Shown here in pieces: positions 1-9,765 of a stretch of DNA of 64,000 nucleotides. Below the pieces are notes generated by a model. That model ran no database searches. It was given only the letters and a program-made list of their open reading frames with translations, and was not told the DNA's origin. Within the stretch, counting starts at the first letter, position 1; each line of letters begins with the position of its first letter. Position numbers and translations under genes: made by a program. This DNA is from an uncultured bacterium (lineage in GTDB: Bacteria; Bacteroidota; Bacteroidia; Bacteroidales; CAIXTV01): the NCBI GenBank assembly GCA_903922465.1, contig CAIXTV010000054.1:18278-82277 (forward strand), written 5' to 3'.

Positions 1-428
1 AACGTCAGCGTCAGGTGTACAATGCCTGCCTTAATGTTTTCTATGGTGCTGTTAAAATGATGACACCGGGCACCACCATCAATCAATATCACGAAGAAGT
101 TTGCAAAATGATGGAAAAAGAACTCATCGACCTGAAACTCTTCACCCTCGAAGACGTTAAGAAACAAAACCCTGAAAGGCCTCTGTGGAAAAAGTATTTT
201 ATGCACGGAACATCTCATTTTATCGGTCTCGACGTGCACGATGTGGGCACAAGGGATATGGTTTTGCAAAAAGGCATGCTGCTAAGCTGCGAGCCTGGCA
301 TCTATATTCCTGAAGAAAACATAGGCGTACGCATCGAAAACGATATCATTGTCGATGTTGTTCCTATCGATTTAATGTGCGAAATCCCAATAGAAGCCGA
401 TCATATCGAAGACATTATGGCACAATAA
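1..428 (+). CDS. M24B Xaa-Pro aminopeptidase, C-terminal fragment (5' end outside window)
   Basis: The frame is open from base 3. Translation carries the pita-bread metallopeptidase motifs HGTSHFIGLDVHD, EPGIYIP and VRIENDI. Stop at 426-428. Confidence 0.8.
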   Translation, partial: RQRQVYNACLNVFYGAVKMMTPGTTINQYHEEVCKMMEKELIDLKLFTLEDVKKQNPERPLWKKYFMHGTSHFIGLDVHDVGTRDMVLQKGMLLSCEPGIYIPEENIGVRIENDIIVDVVPIDLMCEIPIEADHIEDIMAQ

Positions 429-452
429 TATTAACCTTAAAAATCAAAAATC

Positions 453-1841
453 ATGTTTAGTACCGAACTTTATATACAACGCAGAAACGAACTTAAAAAG
501 AATATACACACTGGTATCGCCCTTTTCTTAGGCAATACCGACACCCCGATGAATTACCCGGGCAATACCTATCACTTCCGTCAAGATAGCAGTTTCCTTT
601 ACTTCTTTGGTCTCGACCTTCCGGGATTAGCTGCCGCAATTGATTTCGAAAGTGGACAGGAAATCATCTTTGGAAATGATGTTGATATTGATGACATCAT
701 TTGGATGGGTCCTCAAGAAAGCATTCGCAACGAAGCTTCAAAGGTGGGAATAGGCGAAACTATGCCCTACAATTCTTTGAATGATTTTATTTCGAAAGCA
801 TTACAACAAAAACGTATGCTTCATTTTTTACCTCCCTATCGTGGTGAAAATAAAATCACTCTGAATCAGTTAACAGGCATTCCTGTGGCAGAACTTAAGT
901 CAAAAGCTTCGGTTGAACTGATAAAAGCAGTGGTTAAACTTCGTTCTATTAAAGATAAATATGAAATTGCAGAAATCGAAAGCTTTATGGATGTGGCTTA
1001 TCTGATGCACACCACCGCAATGAAAATGGCAAAGCCCGGCGTTTACGAACGCGAAATTGCTGGCGCCATCGAAGGCATTGCCCTTGCTCATGGCGGTGTG
1101 GTTTCTTTTCCTGTGATTTTATCGAAACGGGGCGAAACGCTCCACAATCACAATCATGGCAATCTTTTGAAACATGGCGATCTTGTTTTAATTGATGCAG
1201 GGGCAGAATCTCCCTTGCATTATGCCACCGATCATACAAGAGTGGCGCCTGTTGGAGGGAAATTCAGCCAACAACAAAAAGGTATTTATGAAATCGTGCT
1301 TAAAGCCAATATGGATGCCATCAAAGCCATTCGTCCGGGTATTCCTTATAAAACCATACATCTTTTAGCTGCCAAAGTTATTGCTGATGGCCTCAAGGAT
1401 TTGGGAATTATGAAAGGAAATATGGAAGAAGCCGTTGCAATGGGTGCTCATGCTATGTTTTTTCCTCACGGATTGGGTCATATGATGGGACTTGATGTTC
1501 ATGATATGGAAGATTTGGGTGAAAATTATGTTGGCTATGGTGACGGATTAAGCCGTAGCGATCAGTTTGGCACTGCTTATCTTCGTTTGGCAAGAGAATT
1601 GCAGCCAGGTTTTGTGCTTACTGTTGAACCTGGTATTTATTTTATACCCGAACTCATACATCAATGGAAAGATGAAGGTAAATTCAAAGACTTTATCAAT
1701 TACGAAAAAGCAATTGAATATATTGGTTTTGGAGGTGTAAGAATAGAAGATGATGTGCTGGTAACAGATGATGGATATAAAGTGTTTGGTAAACCCATAC
1801 CCAAAACCATTGCAGAGGTAGAAGAACTAATGAACTTATAA
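453..1841 (+). CDS. Aminopeptidase P family (M24B Xaa-Pro aminopeptidase), full length
   Basis: 462 aa. N-terminal AMP_N-like region, then HGLGHMMGLDVHD, EPGIYFIP and VRIEDDVLV metal-ligand motifs. Confidence 0.85.
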   Translation: MFSTELYIQRRNELKKNIHTGIALFLGNTDTPMNYPGNTYHFRQDSSFLYFFGLDLPGLAAAIDFESGQEIIFGNDVDIDDIIWMGPQESIRNEASKVGIGETMPYNSLNDFISKALQQKRMLHFLPPYRGENKITLNQLTGIPVAELKSKASVELIKAVVKLRSIKDKYEIAEIESFMDVAYLMHTTAMKMAKPGVYEREIAGAIEGIALAHGGVVSFPVILSKRGETLHNHNHGNLLKHGDLVLIDAGAESPLHYATDHTRVAPVGGKFSQQQKGIYEIVLKANMDAIKAIRPGIPYKTIHLLAAKVIADGLKDLGIMKGNMEEAVAMGAHAMFFPHGLGHMMGLDVHDMEDLGENYVGYGDGLSRSDQFGTAYLRLARELQPGFVLTVEPGIYFIPELIHQWKDEGKFKDFINYEKAIEYIGFGGVRIEDDVLVTDDGYKVFGKPIPKTIAEVEELMNL

Positions 1842-1926
1842 TCAATTATGAATTCCCAAGTCTCAAATTCCAAATTCAAAGACACAAGACCCTCCCCAGA
1901 GGATTTCTCTCCTTGGAATTTGGATC

Positions 1927-2760
1927 TTGAGATTTGGAATTTGGGTCTTAATAAAAATTATTGTGGATAAAACGCTAGCATATAAGAGAAGTAAGGTTCA
2001 TTACCGCAAAGCAGGTAAAGGACCTTGCCTTGTATTGCTGCATGGCTTCATCGAATCGCTTGATATTTGGGATGATTTTGTTGATGATTTGAAAAATCAA
2101 TTCTGCATCATCACCATCGACCTTCCGGGCCATGGGAAAAGCGATTGCATAGGTGACGTTCACACAATGGAGGAAATGGCAGAAGTGGTTAAAACGGTGT
2201 TGAACACAGAGAATATACAACATTGCGTTTTATGTGGACATTCGATGGGAGGATATGTTGCGCTTTCTTTCTTAGATCTGTTTCCTCAGATGCTCAATGC
2301 GCTCTGTCTTTTCCATTCAAATGCCAATGCCGATAGCGAAGGGGTGAAAGACAACAGAATTCGCACCATCGAACTCATTAATCAAAACAAACATCCTTTT
2401 TTAAGTGCCTTTATCCCTGATTTGTTTGCCCCTGAAAATACAGAAACCTTCGCCTCTGAAATCGATATTCTTAAACAAAGAGCTTTACTCATCACTCCGG
2501 AAGCATTAGCAGCTTCAATTAAGGGAATGATGCAACGTAAAGACCATTCCATGCTAATTCAACATGCACAAATTCCGTTTCTGTTTATAATCGGAAAGAA
2601 AGACAGTCGTTCCCCTTATCAACAAGTTCTGCAACAGGCTCAATTAGCCCAACATGCCGAAATTCTTTTATTAGATAAAGTCGGCCACATGGGTTATATC
2701 GAAAACAAAAAGGTTACGATGAGGGTGCTAAAAGATTTCACAAAAGCATATTCAAATTAA
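1927..2760 (+). CDS. Alpha/beta-fold hydrolase
   Basis: LVLLHGF oxyanion region, GHSMGG nucleophile elbow and a C-terminal GHMG histidine region. The start is uncertain: there is no ATG, the track start is TTG 1927 inside a repeat element, and GTG 1963 is equally plausible. Confidence 0.75.
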   Translation: MRFGIWVLIKIIVDKTLAYKRSKVHYRKAGKGPCLVLLHGFIESLDIWDDFVDDLKNQFCIITIDLPGHGKSDCIGDVHTMEEMAEVVKTVLNTENIQHCVLCGHSMGGYVALSFLDLFPQMLNALCLFHSNANADSEGVKDNRIRTIELINQNKHPFLSAFIPDLFAPENTETFASEIDILKQRALLITPEALAASIKGMMQRKDHSMLIQHAQIPFLFIIGKKDSRSPYQQVLQQAQLAQHAEILLLDKVGHMGYIENKKVTMRVLKDFTKAYSN

Positions 2761-2782
2761 AATCATTTTAAAATACTATATC

Positions 2783-3514
2783 ATGAAAACAAAAATCATT
2801 ATCATCACTATCCTCTTATCAGGACTCATTCGCACAGCCGATTCACAGGTTTTGGTTTGCACTAAAGGCGGAATTGGGTATAATAGTTTCATTGGATCCC
2901 TTCGTCTTTTTTCAGATTACAGCATTACTTCAACTCACAAATATTTTTATCCATTTGGAGTTGATGTTAAACTTAGAAAATACAAATTAATTAACCCCGG
3001 TATTTCTTTTGAATATTTTTTAAAGTCATATTCAATTGATATTACAAGCGAATCGAGCAACCGTAACTTTGAAAGAGACCTATATGAATCGCAGCAATTT
3101 GCTCTTACTTTGTATCCAGAACTGAGTTTCGGTGAAACTGTAAAATATCACTTTAATTTCGGACTTTGTTTAGGTTTTACTACAAACTCCACTCTTACAA
3201 AGACGACTACCTTATATAATTCATTAAATCAACCCACTTATTGGATTGAGAAGCAAAGTAACGGTAGCTATTTAACTGATTTAAACTTTGCAATACGCTT
3301 AGGCACAGGGTTTGATATTCCAATTTATAAAGGATTATATGTTAATCTTGATTTCGCAGCCCAAATAGGCTCTCATGGCATAAACAACCGTTTGCAAAAT
3401 CCTTTTGCCAGCTATAGTGTATTGGGCACTTTTGGCGTTTCCTATTTGTTTGGCTATGCTGCTCCAATTAAAAAGGTAAAGGTGGATGAGAATCCATCAG
3501 TGCTTCATCCATAG
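2783..3514 (+). CDS. Hypothetical secreted / outer-membrane beta-barrel-like protein
   Basis: N-terminal signal peptide (MKTKIIIITILLSGLIRTADSQ). Alternating aromatic/polar strands. No recognisable enzymatic motif. Confidence 0.5.
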   Translation: MKTKIIIITILLSGLIRTADSQVLVCTKGGIGYNSFIGSLRLFSDYSITSTHKYFYPFGVDVKLRKYKLINPGISFEYFLKSYSIDITSESSNRNFERDLYESQQFALTLYPELSFGETVKYHFNFGLCLGFTTNSTLTKTTTLYNSLNQPTYWIEKQSNGSYLTDLNFAIRLGTGFDIPIYKGLYVNLDFAAQIGSHGINNRLQNPFASYSVLGTFGVSYLFGYAAPIKKVKVDENPSVLHP

Positions 3515-3615
3515 TGTGACTTGTTTTAAAGAAATAAAAAGGATTTAAGAAAACCGCATATTCATTCTCTTTAAGAACTAATGAGTAGGCTTCATTAAAT
3601 TAAGATTCTTGAAAT

Positions 3616-4527
3616 TTAATTCATCTTCTCAGTAAGTGATTTAAATCCTTCACCCAAAATCTCATTTGCATTGATGACGGTTAGAAATGCCACGGGGTCA
3701 ATTTTATGTATGAATTCCTGCAAAATGGCCAGTTCGCGACGATTCACCACGGTGAAGATGATGGTTTTATCTGCCCCATTATACATACCTTTCCCATTAA
3801 TATAGGTGCCCCCTCTTCCAAGGTCATTAATAATTACGTCGCGTATTTCATCATATTTATCAGAAACAATAAACAGAGTTTTATCGTAGGACAAGCCTTC
3901 CATAATGCCATCAACTACTTTCCCTGTTATGAAAATCACTAGCCACGAATAGAGTGGAATGCGCCAATCACCGAAGGCAATCAAACCAAAAAGCACTATC
4001 ACCGAATCTACATAAATAAGCAATTGACCTAATGGTAAATGGGTGTATTTGGCAATAATCATAGCGATTATATCGGAGCCTCCTGAGGTTGCTTTCGCTT
4101 TAAAGATGAGTGCCAGCCCAATTCCTACCAACACCCCACCAAACACCGATGCCAACAATGCATCGTTCTCAACCAAAGGACTGTTTCCCCATATCATACT
4201 AATTCCATCAATAAAAATGGAGGTGAGGACGAAACCTACTATTGTTTTCACTCCGAATTTAGGTCCTAATATTTTCATCCCAACAAGGGTAAGAGGGATA
4301 TTTAGGATTAAACCCATCAAACCGATAGGAAATCCTTCAGGGGCAAAAGAAAAATAGCCTTTCGTAAGATAATGAATAACAATGGCAATACCATACACTC
4401 CTCCTGGAACCAACATATAGGGGCTGATAAAAAACACAAAACCCACAGCCACAATGAAGGACCCTAGTGTAATAAGTGTATACGATTTAAACCAACTTTT
4501 CGAGAATGCCTTTTCTTTTTGTAACAT
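3616..4527 (-). CDS. YitT-family membrane protein (C-terminal DUF2179-like domain)
   Basis: Multiple TM helices followed by a soluble tail (GGTYINGKGMYNG...VNRRELAILQEFIHKIDPVAFLTV...EILGEGF) typical of YitT. Start moved to ATG 4527 because the TTG at 4545 lies inside a TAccTTTG -7 box. Confidence 0.75.
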   Translation of the reverse strand: MLQKEKAFSKSWFKSYTLITLGSFIVAVGFVFFISPYMLVPGGVYGIAIVIHYLTKGYFSFAPEGFPIGLMGLILNIPLTLVGMKILGPKFGVKTIVGFVLTSIFIDGISMIWGNSPLVENDALLASVFGGVLVGIGLALIFKAKATSGGSDIIAMIIAKYTHLPLGQLLIYVDSVIVLFGLIAFGDWRIPLYSWLVIFITGKVVDGIMEGLSYDKTLFIVSDKYDEIRDVIINDLGRGGTYINGKGMYNGADKTIIFTVVNRRELAILQEFIHKIDPVAFLTVINANEILGEGFKSLTEKMN

Positions 4528-4542
4528 ATGTTTGTTTTCTTG

Positions 4543-4550
4543 CAAAGGTA
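4543..4550 (-). promoter_or_regulatory. Bacteroidota -7 promoter box (TACCTTTG) for the YitT-family gene
   Basis: Exact match to TAnnTTTG on the minus strand, 15 nt upstream of ATG 4527. Confidence 0.45.
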
Positions 4551-4807
4551 ATCTTAGTTGCTGAATTACACAACAAACCTGAGTTAAGACCTAAAGTCTT
4601 TTTTATTTAATGAAGCATAAAATAATTACTAGCGATAGGGACAATTATAGCCGATACATGTTATTTTGTAACAAAACATCAAAAATGAATTTGATAATAT
4701 GGATAAATAATGCGGAAAAAACATTCTAACAACTTTAATCAGATTAAAAGAAAAAGAGTTTGCTTACGTTATAAACTATCACCCAAAGCATATTCCTATT
4801 AAAAGTG

Positions 4808-4815
4808 TAATTTTG
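4808..4815 (+). promoter_or_regulatory. Bacteroidota -7 promoter box (TAATTTTG)
   Basis: Exact TAnnTTTG match 19 nt upstream of the TTG start at 4835. Confidence 0.4.
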
Positions 4816-4834
4816 ATTTCCAATATTCTGCCAT

Positions 4835-7800
4835 TTGTTTTTGCGTAAACTGATATACATCGTTATTTCAATTCTGTTTTTTAACGGATTTGTTGGGGCT
4901 CAGGATCTAAATAATCTTAGAACCCGCAACTTAACGTTACGAACTGATACTATTTTAATTGATACGTTAAGCATAATCCCCGGAAACCTCAGCATACGCG
5001 ATACGCTTGGAAATATTATTGAATCTGTCAACTATCATATTGTAGCCGAAAAATCATTGCTTATTATTGATCAGACTAGCATACTTCCAATTTCCATCAA
5101 GTTGCAATACAGGGTTTACCCATTTGCTTTTTACGGAAAATACCTTCATAAGAACAAAAACCTTGTCCCTGAAGATATCAAAGTGAGCAAAAACCCTTTT
5201 ATTTTTAGTAATTACAATTCCTCCACGGTTCAAAATCCTTTTCAAATGGATGGCTTATCAAAAAGTGGAAGCATTTCGAGGGGATTAAACATGGGAAATA
5301 ATCAGGATGTGGTTGTGAACTCTACTTTTAACCTGCAATTATCGGGTAAAATTGGCGATGATGTGGAAATTCTAGCAGCCATTTCCGATAATAATATACC
5401 CATTCAACCCGAAGGGAATACTCAACAAATACAAGAGTTCGATAAAGTTTTCATTCAACTCAGCAAAAACAAAACTAGCCTCGTAGCAGGAGATTTCGAG
5501 CTTAAAAAGCCCGATAGCTACTTTATGTCATACAACAAAAAGCTTCAGGGAGCTTCAATAAAAACAGAAGTTGCTCTTACAAAAAAGAAAACAAACCCCA
5601 GCTACCTCGAACTTGCAGGCGCCGGAGCCATAACCAAGGGGAAATACGCCAGAAATGTATTGAATGGAACCGAGTCGAATCAGGGACCTTATAAACTCAT
5701 TGGTAATAATAATGACCTTTATATAGTTGTATTAGCAGGAAGCGAAAAAGTGTATATTGATGGTCAGCTGAAAACAAGAGGGCAGGATAATGATTATGTA
5801 ATAGATTATAATATGGCTGAAGTTACTTTTACTCCGAAAAATTTAATCACAAAAGACCGTCGACTAGTGGTTGAATTTGAATACACCGATAAACATTACG
5901 CCCATTCGGCCTTCGCAGCACACGCTAAGCTCGTTTCAAAAAAGAGCAGCATTTCGTTAAACTTTTTTTCAGAACAAGATGCAAAGAATCAATCGCTCCA
6001 ACCTGAATTGGATGATAATCAAAAAAAGATTTTGAGTTTGACGGGCGATAGCTTAAACCTTGCTGTTTCCCACTCTATCGATAGTGTGGCCTTTTCGGCA
6101 AGCGATATTTTATATAAAAGAATCGACACCTTAAATAACAGCATAAGTTACGATTCTGTGTATGTTTATTCAACAAATGCCGATAGTGCTCATTATCAAT
6201 TGAATTTTAGTTATGTTGGCGCAGGGAAAGGCAACTATTTGCAAGTTATCGGAACAGCCAACGGAAGAGTTTTTTGTTGGGTTGCCCCGGATGGCGGGGT
6301 TTTAAAAGGTGCTTACGAACCAGTAATAATGCTGATTACTCCTAAGAAAAAACAAATGTATACCCTTTCGGGTGATTTTCATCTTTCAAAAAACACCAAT
6401 TTAAATATTGAAATCGCATTAAGCAATACCGACATCAATACCTTTTCCTCAAAAGATAAAAAAGATGATGTGGGCTATGCCCTTAAGGCCTCTCTGGATA
6501 ATAAATTTCATTTATCCAAAAAAGAAAACAATAAATGGATAATGCTATTGGATATTTCACACGAATGGGCTTATAAAAACTTTAGTCCAATCGAAAACTA
6601 TCGTCCAGTTGAGTTTAACAGAGATTTCAATCTCAATACCCAAACAGCAAATGCCAATGAATATTACACCCAACTAAAAATTGGCTTTACCAACGATTCA
6701 AACAAAACCATCAGCTATCAGCTTAAATCTCTAATAAAGGAAAGTAAATATGAAGGATGGAACAATTTGCTAGGAATAAACTATGGCTTTAAAGGATTTT
6801 CATTTAAAATAAACAGTAGTTTGCTTACAACAAACAGCTCAACAATTACCACAAATTTTTTCCGTTTCGATGCAGATGTCTCCAAAGCATTCAAATGGTT
6901 AATGTTAGGTATAACTCAATCGATGGAGGATAATGCTTTCAGAAAAGGGAATGATACTCTTTTAGCCAATAGTTATTCTTATAAAGAAAGCGGAATGTAT
7001 TGTAAAACTTCCGACACCCTAAAAAACACTGTAGAACTTAAATATAAGCACCGATGGGATTACTTACCCATAAACAACACTCTTACTGAATCAACTTCCT
7101 CAGACGATTTTTCTGCTTCTTATCAATTATTGAAACAAAAAAATAATCAGTTGAATATTATGGGCACTTATCGCCAACTTCAGCTTAAAAACGTTCAGTC
7201 AAATGCTAAACCAGAAAACACCCTCATTGGGAGAATAGAATATGTGACCCGAACCTTCAAAGAAATCATAACTTCATCTACTTTTTACGAAATAGGTTCC
7301 GGTCTTGAAACAAAGAAAGAATATTCTTTTCTTAAAGTCCCCAATGGAGAAGGTGTATATGCTTGGATTGATTATAATAATAACAGTATTCCCGAAATAA
7401 ATGAATTTGAAGTTGCTCAATTCAAAGATCAGGCAAATTACATTAAAATATTTATTCAAAGCAATTATTACACAAAGGTTTACACCAATCTTCTCAGTCA
7501 ATCCATCACTTTTAACCCCTCTTATACCTGGGTAAGTAAAAAAGGTATTCGGAAATTTCTTTCTCGCCTTTACAATCAATTTAGTTATAAAACAGATCAC
7601 AAAACTACACTCAACGATTTAACAAAAGCATATAACCCCTTTGAAACTAAATTAAATGACACAGTAACCTTATCATCAAATAATACCATTCGAAACATTT
7701 TTTCATTCAACCGCAATTCTAAAGCATTTGGGTTTGACCTTAATTATCAGAACAGTAATAATAAAATAATGTTGCTGAATGGACTCGAAATCAGAAAAAT

Positions 7801-8323
7801 TGAAAATATTGGCATTAAATTCAAATTTAACCTATTTAAAATATTTCTTTTTAATATAGAAGATAATTACAGCGAAAAAAGAACAAAGGAGGAGTACTTT
7901 ATAGATAAAAATTACTCCTTATATATAAATGAGTTACAATCTGAATTAATTTACCAACCCTTAAATACAATTCGAATAAGTTTGTTTTATAAATACTCTA
8001 ATAAGAGAAACATTATAAATGTCCCCAACGATTTAGCTGAAATGCATAGGGGGCAAATAGAATTTAATTTTCGTTCAGTGCAAAACGGAAACTTTTTGCT
8101 AAAATATTCATTGATTTCGATAGACTACAATTCGGCTCAAAACACTTCCATTTCATATGAATTATTAGAAGGGTTGCTAAAAGGCACTAATCAGGTGTGG
8201 TCATTAGCATTTCAGCAAAATCTATCAAAAAACATTCAACTGAATTTAATATATGATGGCAGACTTTCACCTGGAACAAAGGTTATACATGCAGGAAACA
8301 TACAAATTCGGGCCTTTTTCTAA
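4835..8323 (+). CDS. Large hypothetical outer-membrane protein (1162 aa), function unknown
   Basis: Signal peptide (MFLRKLIYIVISILFFNGFVGAQD). N/S/T/Y-rich amphipathic strand pattern throughout. The C-terminus ends IQIRAFF, the aromatic terminal residue typical of OM beta-barrels. No TonB-box/plug, TPR or T9SS C-terminal-domain signature recognised. Confidence 0.5.
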   Translation: MFLRKLIYIVISILFFNGFVGAQDLNNLRTRNLTLRTDTILIDTLSIIPGNLSIRDTLGNIIESVNYHIVAEKSLLIIDQTSILPISIKLQYRVYPFAFYGKYLHKNKNLVPEDIKVSKNPFIFSNYNSSTVQNPFQMDGLSKSGSISRGLNMGNNQDVVVNSTFNLQLSGKIGDDVEILAAISDNNIPIQPEGNTQQIQEFDKVFIQLSKNKTSLVAGDFELKKPDSYFMSYNKKLQGASIKTEVALTKKKTNPSYLELAGAGAITKGKYARNVLNGTESNQGPYKLIGNNNDLYIVVLAGSEKVYIDGQLKTRGQDNDYVIDYNMAEVTFTPKNLITKDRRLVVEFEYTDKHYAHSAFAAHAKLVSKKSSISLNFFSEQDAKNQSLQPELDDNQKKILSLTGDSLNLAVSHSIDSVAFSASDILYKRIDTLNNSISYDSVYVYSTNADSAHYQLNFSYVGAGKGNYLQVIGTANGRVFCWVAPDGGVLKGAYEPVIMLITPKKKQMYTLSGDFHLSKNTNLNIEIALSNTDINTFSSKDKKDDVGYALKASLDNKFHLSKKENNKWIMLLDISHEWAYKNFSPIENYRPVEFNRDFNLNTQTANANEYYTQLKIGFTNDSNKTISYQLKSLIKESKYEGWNNLLGINYGFKGFSFKINSSLLTTNSSTITTNFFRFDADVSKAFKWLMLGITQSMEDNAFRKGNDTLLANSYSYKESGMYCKTSDTLKNTVELKYKHRWDYLPINNTLTESTSSDDFSASYQLLKQKNNQLNIMGTYRQLQLKNVQSNAKPENTLIGRIEYVTRTFKEIITSSTFYEIGSGLETKKEYSFLKVPNGEGVYAWIDYNNNSIPEINEFEVAQFKDQANYIKIFIQSNYYTKVYTNLLSQSITFNPSYTWVSKKGIRKFLSRLYNQFSYKTDHKTTLNDLTKAYNPFETKLNDTVTLSSNNTIRNIFSFNRNSKAFGFDLNYQNSNNKIMLLNGLEIRKIENIGIKFKFNLFKIFLFNIEDNYSEKRTKEEYFIDKNYSLYINELQSELIYQPLNTIRISLFYKYSNKRNIINVPNDLAEMHRGQIEFNFRSVQNGNFLLKYSLISIDYNSAQNTSISYELLEGLLKGTNQVWSLAFQQNLSKNIQLNLIYDGRLSPGTKVIHAGNIQIRAFF

Positions 8324-8685
8324 TTTAGAATAAAAATAAATTAATAGTTTTCCGAAATAATTTTTCTTGAATACAAATGATTTAAATTATAAATTGAGAT
8401 GATTTAATTCCGCTTTATTGAGAGAAAAAATAAAATTTACCTGTCATTTTTTCGAGAAATTGTATTACATATGAGAAAATTAGTATTTTTACGGCCTGAA
8501 AGAGTATATTAATCAATGAAATTCGAAAAATTATTTTTGTAACCAAATTAGGAAAAAACAAGTACAACATGGATGTTTCGAATTTTTTTTTTTTATATAA
8601 ACGTGATTTTGTTGAAATCCATTTTATTTTTATACTTTAGCACTCGATTTAATAAAACCAAGTGCAACCTAATACCTAGCTGTAT

Positions 8686-9663
8686 ATGAAAAAATATTTA
8701 CTTCTTTTTTCCTTACTGTTTACCAGTGCTATTGCTTTTTCACAGCAAGAGCCTCAGTATACCCAAAATATGTTTAACATACTTTCGTTTAATCCCGCCT
8801 ATGCAGGCTCAAATGGATCAATCTGTTTAACAGGATTTTACAGACAACAAAACACCGGATTCAAGCAAGAAGATAAACAAGGCAATAAATCAAATGCCGG
8901 CCCTCAGGATATCTTAGTATCTATTGATGCTCCAGTAAAATTTCTTCATGGCGGAATAGGATTAATCGTAAACCAAGATAAGTTAGGGTTTGAGACAAAT
9001 CTAAACCTTAAACTTGCTTATGCTTATCGTTTTAACATGGGACTAGGCAATTTAAGTATTGGGTTACAAGCTGGGTTTAATAATAAATCAATAGATTATT
9101 CAAAATTTAAACCAGGAGATGAACTTTCAGGAGGAAGTACAACTGATCCTGTAATATTAAATGGTCAGAGTGGGACTCAAAGTGATATGATTACAGATAT
9201 TTCATTTGGTGTTTTCTATAAAATTCCTCAAAAACTTTATGCAGGTATCTCCTCAACTCAATTAATTCAATCTACAGGCACTAAAACAGGTGTTTCTCTA
9301 AAGCGACATTACTTTATACAGGGAGGATACGAATGGGCCTTCCCCAATAATCCCTCTTTTGAATTATTGCCATCTGCTATGATTAAAACTGATTTCGTTT
9401 CTGCTCAATACGATATCGATTTATTACTTCGTTATAATAATAGGTTTTGGGGTGGATTAGGCTATAGAGTTCAGGATGCAATTATGATTATGGTAGGAAT
9501 GGAATGGAAAAACTTTAATATTGGATACTCCTATGATCTTACAACTTCAGCTCTTGGATCAAATAGCAGAAGCAGTGGAACTCACGAAATTATGTTACGT
9601 TATTGTTTTAAAATTGAAATACCAAAAGTACTTAGGAGTTATAAAAACACAAGATTCTTATAA
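8686..9663 (+). CDS. porP: T9SS membrane protein, PorP/SprF family
   Basis: Signal peptide, then QQEPQYTQNMFNILSFNPAYAGS and a C-terminal GTHEIMLRYCF, both characteristic of PorP/SprF. Sits directly upstream of gldK. Confidence 0.8.
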   Translation: MKKYLLLFSLLFTSAIAFSQQEPQYTQNMFNILSFNPAYAGSNGSICLTGFYRQQNTGFKQEDKQGNKSNAGPQDILVSIDAPVKFLHGGIGLIVNQDKLGFETNLNLKLAYAYRFNMGLGNLSIGLQAGFNNKSIDYSKFKPGDELSGGSTTDPVILNGQSGTQSDMITDISFGVFYKIPQKLYAGISSTQLIQSTGTKTGVSLKRHYFIQGGYEWAFPNNPSFELLPSAMIKTDFVSAQYDIDLLLRYNNRFWGGLGYRVQDAIMIMVGMEWKNFNIGYSYDLTTSALGSNSRSSGTHEIMLRYCFKIEIPKVLRSYKNTRFL

Positions 9664-9765
9664 AAATTGAAACTATTATTGATATAGCTCGTTAAAAATA
9701 TAATCTAACACAATAAATTGAAATCTATTCACGTTATAATAAATAAACCTATAAAATCAACATCT

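Noticed and set aside
9718-9765. TTG start at 9718 for gldK; likewise the long starts at 25234 (ruvA), 40529 (bTHX), 4545 (yitT) and 31269 (ispG)
   Set aside because: Downstream ATGs give canonical N-termini: a lipoprotein signal, MFAFIKGKL, MGKGD and MKFNY. For ruvA, bTHX and yitT, a TAnnTTTG -7 box also falls inside the longer ORF.
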